Positions 60,274 to 64,000 of a stretch of 64,000 nt of DNA are shown here, in pieces. The DNA is from Candidatus Freyarchaeum deiterrae. Lineage in GTDB: Archaea > Asgardarchaeota > Jordiarchaeia > Jordiarchaeales > Jordiarchaeaceae. Each line of letters opens with the position of its first letter. Position 1 is the first letter of the stretch. The notes under the pieces were generated by a model that searched no databases, was not told where the DNA came from, and saw nothing but the letters and a program-made list of their open reading frames with translations. The position numbers were made by a program, and so were the translations under genes. The stretch covers positions 2,976,001 through 3,040,000 of the forward strand of contig CP147778.1 of NCBI GenBank assembly GCA_037305845.1, in the 5' to 3' direction.

Positions 60274-60465
60274 CCGCAATCTGTTTTTCCAAATTGTGAA
60301 TATTTTGAAGCAGGCAGATGTTTTTAAACAGAAATAGGAAAAGAAGAAGGAGAGGAAGAGACGAAAGCTTCAAGAACTCTTCAGCAGTAAGTTTGGAAAC
60401 TCAACAGAAGAAAAAAACCACAAAATCCACCGTAAAAACTCTAAACCACACCAGCAAAAAAAGAA

Positions 60466-62307
60466 TTGGAGACAGTGAACTCAATGGGTAAAATAAAAGT
60501 CGGCGTCCTCATAGGAGGACGATTTGAGGTACGCCGCATTCTCGGCGGCGAGGGCAAAAGCGGAATGGGGGCACTCTACGCCTGCATAGACCACAAATCT
60601 GGAGCAGTTGTAGCCCTGAAAACCTTCCAAGATAGGTACCTCAAAGACCAGGAGGCGAGGGAAGACTTCAAACGCGAAGCACTAGCCTGGACGCAACTCG
60701 AGAAGCACCCAAACATAGTACGGGCAATAGGTTTTGAGGAATTCGATAGCCGACCGTTCATCATCCTCGAGTTCATCGTCCCAGACGAGGAGGGAAGAAA
60801 CACCCTGGCCCAACACCTCCAAAAACCCATCCCCCTCCAACAAACGTTGAAGAGGGCCATACAGTTCTGCCGCGGGATGGAACACGCCGCAGCCCACGGC
60901 GTGACACCCCACAGAGACATAAATCCGAACAACATAATGATTACCAGAGACGGAACCCTTAAGATCACAGACTTCGGACTAGCAAAACTATGGGACCAGA
61001 AGAAACCCAAAAAAGGACATAAGATTCAGATTGATGAAGGACGGCCCGAACTTACCTTCATACAGGTCTCCGAAGAAAGGGTGTTGGCCGGCACACCCCC
61101 TTGGATGGCTCCCGAACAATTCGAAGGTAAAGCCGACACCAGAAGCGACATTTACAGCTTCGGAATAGTGCTCTTCCAGATGGTCAACAAAGGCAAACTA
61201 CCGTTCCAAGCCCAGACAGACGCAGATTACTACCAAGCCCACAAGACTAGGCCCGTACCCCAACTCAAAAGCAAACTGTTCCCGGTAATCGAACGATGCC
61301 TGCAGAAAAACCCGAAGGATCGCTACCAAAACTTCCAAGAACTGCGAAAAGACCTAGAAAAAATATACCAGCAGGAAACCAGAAGCCCTCCACCAAAACC
61401 ACCAAAAAAAACGAAACTAGAAGCATGGGAATATAACAACCAGGGACTATCATTCTATAATCTAGGGCTGCTCGACGAGGCGATAAGAGAATACAAGGAA
61501 GCTATAGGAATAAACCCTGACTATGCCGATGCCCACAACAACTTGGGAAACGCTCTAAAGGATAAAGGTCTGCTGGATGAGGCGATATCGGAATACACAG
61601 AAGCGCTAAAAATAAACCCTGACTATGCCGATACCCACAGCAATCTGGGTGTCGCCCTCAGGGGTAAAGGTATGCTGGATGAAGCGATACAGGAGTACAG
61701 AGAAGCACTACGAATAAAGCCCACCCTCACCGAAGCTCACAGCAACTTGGGTAATGCTCTAACGGAGCAGGGTCTGCTGGATGATGCGATACAGGAATAT
61801 AGAGAAGCGCTATCTATAAAGCCGGATCTAGCCAAGACTCACAGCGACTTGGGTAACGCACTTGTTGATAAAGGTTTGCTGGATGAAGCGATACAGGAGT
61901 ACAGAGAAGCACTACGAATAAACCCAGCCGATGCCGATGCTCACAGCAATCTGGGTGTCGCCCTTAAGAGTAAGGGTCAGCTCAACAAGGCAATAAGAGA
62001 ATACAGAGAAGCGATAAAGATAAAGCCCACCCTCGCCGAAGCCCACAGCAACCTGGGTAATGCTCTAAAGGATAAGGGCCTGCTGGATGAGGCGATAAAA
62101 GAATGGAAGGAGGCCATAAAAATAAACCCAGAATACGCCGAAGCCTACAACAATTTAGGAGTCGCCCTTGAAGCCTTAGGGGACTTTAAAGGAGCCATTG
62201 AAGCGTATCAGAAATTCATCAAAAACGCTCCACCGCAATACGCACAACAACACGTTAAGCGGGCACGCCAAGCCATCCGGGCATTGAAAAAGATGATAAA
62301 AGGATAA
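60466..62307 (+). CDS. Hanks-type Ser/Thr kinase with C-terminal TPR array
   Basis: GGEGKSGMG, VALK, HPNIV, HRDINPNN, DFG, GTPPWMAPE, SDIYSFG; about 8 TPRs. Confidence 0.93.
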   Translation: METVNSMGKIKVGVLIGGRFEVRRILGGEGKSGMGALYACIDHKSGAVVALKTFQDRYLKDQEAREDFKREALAWTQLEKHPNIVRAIGFEEFDSRPFIILEFIVPDEEGRNTLAQHLQKPIPLQQTLKRAIQFCRGMEHAAAHGVTPHRDINPNNIMITRDGTLKITDFGLAKLWDQKKPKKGHKIQIDEGRPELTFIQVSEERVLAGTPPWMAPEQFEGKADTRSDIYSFGIVLFQMVNKGKLPFQAQTDADYYQAHKTRPVPQLKSKLFPVIERCLQKNPKDRYQNFQELRKDLEKIYQQETRSPPPKPPKKTKLEAWEYNNQGLSFYNLGLLDEAIREYKEAIGINPDYADAHNNLGNALKDKGLLDEAISEYTEALKINPDYADTHSNLGVALRGKGMLDEAIQEYREALRIKPTLTEAHSNLGNALTEQGLLDDAIQEYREALSIKPDLAKTHSDLGNALVDKGLLDEAIQEYREALRINPADADAHSNLGVALKSKGQLNKAIREYREAIKIKPTLAEAHSNLGNALKDKGLLDEAIKEWKEAIKINPEYAEAYNNLGVALEALGDFKGAIEAYQKFIKNAPPQYAQQHVKRARQAIRALKKMIKG

Positions 62308-62349
62308 AGGGCTTCAAGGATTTTTCTGGCAGTATGTTTTGGGGTCGAG

Positions 62350-62613
62350 GCAGACCAAATAATTCTAAGTAGAAAAAAGAAACGGTATCATAAAAATAGA
62401 ACTCTCAACATAGAAACAACCAGAAGAACACCATCAGACACTACTCTGAAGATCCACTTTTTTCAGCTCACTAATGTGTTGACGAACCTGCTTAACGTGT
62501 TCCGCGTTCCGCCGTGATGCAAACTTGATGAAATTCTGGTAAGCTTCAACTGCTCCTTTAAAGTCCGCCATAGCTTCGAGTGCGACTCCCAGATTGTTGT
62601 AGGCTTCGGCGTA
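62350..62613. repeat. Direct repeat copy 2 (decayed rad50 3' end plus 3' end of the intact TPR gene)
   Basis: agaaaaaagaaacggtatcataaaaatagaactctcaacatag matches the rad50 end tgaaaaaagaaacggcgtctcaaaagtagaaccctcaacatag. Confidence 0.9.
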
Positions 62614-63648
62614 TTCTGGGTTTATTCTTACGGCTTCTCTGTATTCCTGTATTGCTTCATCGGGCAACCCCTTTTCATAGAGAGTAGCCCCTAGGTTGTA
62701 GTGGGCTGTGGCGTCGTCTGGTTTTATTTTCAGCGCCTCTCGGTGTTCCTGTATCACCTCGTCGAGCAGACCCTTGGCCCTGAGGGTGGTCTCTAGGCCG
62801 GTACGGGCTTCGATGTAGTCTGGTTTTATCCTCAAAGCCTCCTTGTACTCCTGTATGGCTTCGTCGAGTAGGCCTTTATTGTAAAGGATACTCCCAATGT
62901 TGTAGTGAGCTAAGTCTGGTTTCATTCTTAGTGCCATTCTGAGCTCTTGGCTCTCCTGATTGGGCAGCCCCTTATCATAAAGTATCTTTACTATGTTGCT
63001 GTAAGTTTCTCCAGGTTTTGGATCAACTAAACCCATTTTTTCGAGTTTTTCCAATATTTCCCCTACTTTTTCTACGGTGAACCCGGTCTCCTCTGCTATT
63101 TCCTCTTTGGATTTCGTTCCGTCACAAAGGTTTGCTACTTTTAAATAGTCCTCTTCCACAAAGATTCCCATCTTAGCGATAGGCTTTGGGATTTTCTTTT
63201 TCAGGAGGGGTTTTGGAACTGCGAGCTCTGCAATCATGCCTCCCAATGTTATTTTGTCAATTTCGGGTGAAAATTCTTTGAAGGGGTTGGTTTCACCGCG
63301 CCAATTCTTGAGATTAGAACCAAATCTTTGATTAAAACCACTAATCATTCGGCTGAGCGTATCACGGAGAACTTTCTCATCATCGCTTCTATCAGCACTC
63401 GCGGCAACCATTACGCTTTCTTGCCTTTCGTACACTATAGTATACCCTTTCATCTCCACCTCACGAAGGATTGTCGGTTGACCCTCCTGAGAACTGAGTT
63501 TTGAAGAGAATTGCTGCAACGCTGTTAGAAAACCACCAACAAGTCCTTCATCCAGTTCCACATCACCATAATTTCGGCAGATGAGACACACGCCACTAGA
63601 AGCCTCAATAACGTATATATCATGTATCAAGTTAAATTGCACTCCCAA
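62434..63648 (-). CDS. Longin-like domain, winged helix and TPR fusion protein
   Basis: N-domain homologous to that of 27176-28195 (IYVI..SG.C.ICR.YG..E.DE.L.GGFLTA...FSSKL); NLCDGTKSKEEIAEETG wHTH; C-terminal TPRs. Confidence 0.88.
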   Translation of the reverse strand: MGVQFNLIHDIYVIEASSGVCLICRNYGDVELDEGLVGGFLTALQQFSSKLSSQEGQPTILREVEMKGYTIVYERQESVMVAASADRSDDEKVLRDTLSRMISGFNQRFGSNLKNWRGETNPFKEFSPEIDKITLGGMIAELAVPKPLLKKKIPKPIAKMGIFVEEDYLKVANLCDGTKSKEEIAEETGFTVEKVGEILEKLEKMGLVDPKPGETYSNIVKILYDKGLPNQESQELRMALRMKPDLAHYNIGSILYNKGLLDEAIQEYKEALRIKPDYIEARTGLETTLRAKGLLDEVIQEHREALKIKPDDATAHYNLGATLYEKGLPDEAIQEYREAVRINPEYAEAYNNLGVALEAMADFKGAVEAYQNFIKFASRRNAEHVKQVRQHISELKKVDLQSSV

Positions 63649-64000
63649 CGCGAGTAACTTTCGAAACGAAATTAAACCCCTTTTAGTTTTAATTAGGATT
63701 CCGAGTTTTATAAATTTTTACAATAAGGAAAATCACCAAAATAATCATTAAATGATAGTGCAAGCATTATACTACGAGAAAACATTACATAAAAACACGC
63801 TTATGAATTACGCGTGTTTAAAAATGAACCAAGCCCTAGCCCACCAAACAGATTACTTGAAAATAGAGGAGGAGGCTAAGTAATGATGAAAAAAAGAGAG
63901 ACTTTAGAAAGGAAGGCGCTCCCAGAATAGAACACACAAAGCATCCTAAAGCAAAATACAAAAATATAAGAATTAGAAATTATACTGTAGCCAAATCTAA

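Noticed and set aside
1-64000. tRNA, rRNA, SRP RNA, RNase P RNA and CRISPR arrays
   Set aside because: No cloverleaf or T-loop signature, conserved RNA core or regularly spaced repeat-spacer array was seen.

Overview
Gene-dense, AT-rich archaeal window, very probably from an Asgard archaeon. The inference rests on a longin-like/Rab-like GTPase fusion, a roadblock/LC7 protein, a V4R/Bet3-like protein, a longin-wHTH-TPR protein, a membrane-anchored RING-like protein, the archaeal nurA-herA-mre11-rad50 genes and GGTGA-type ribosome-binding sites. The left and middle parts carry housekeeping and lipid-catabolic genes: two acyl-CoA ligases, an acyl-CoA dehydrogenase and an SCP2/ADC/GlcD/GlcF-like operon. 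They also hold two tandem expansions of unknown families: three ~390-aa helical paralogues, and a ~3.8-3.9 kb tandem duplication of [triple profilin/roadblock-like domain gene, single-domain gene, acyl-CoA ligase]. The strongest candidate for an undescribed system is a 1245-aa single-pass protein with ~10 Ig-like repeats, a juxtamembrane HL|SSF motif resembling GPS/ZU5 autoproteolysis sites, and a cytoplasmic zinc ribbon plus RING-like finger. It has a GC-rich multi-hairpin leader and lies divergent from a Cys-rich membrane-anchored protein. The right part is a DNA-repair locus broken up and flanked by accessory insertions: HEAT-repeat genes, a TA pair, a kinase-TPR gene, RyR-domain and IS remnants, and an unannotated 42-aa K/R-rich ORF. 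Two of these insertions are bounded by direct repeats, one of the herA promoter and one of the rad50 3' end. I found no tRNA, rRNA or CRISPR array. All family assignments come from motif recognition by eye; no searches were run.
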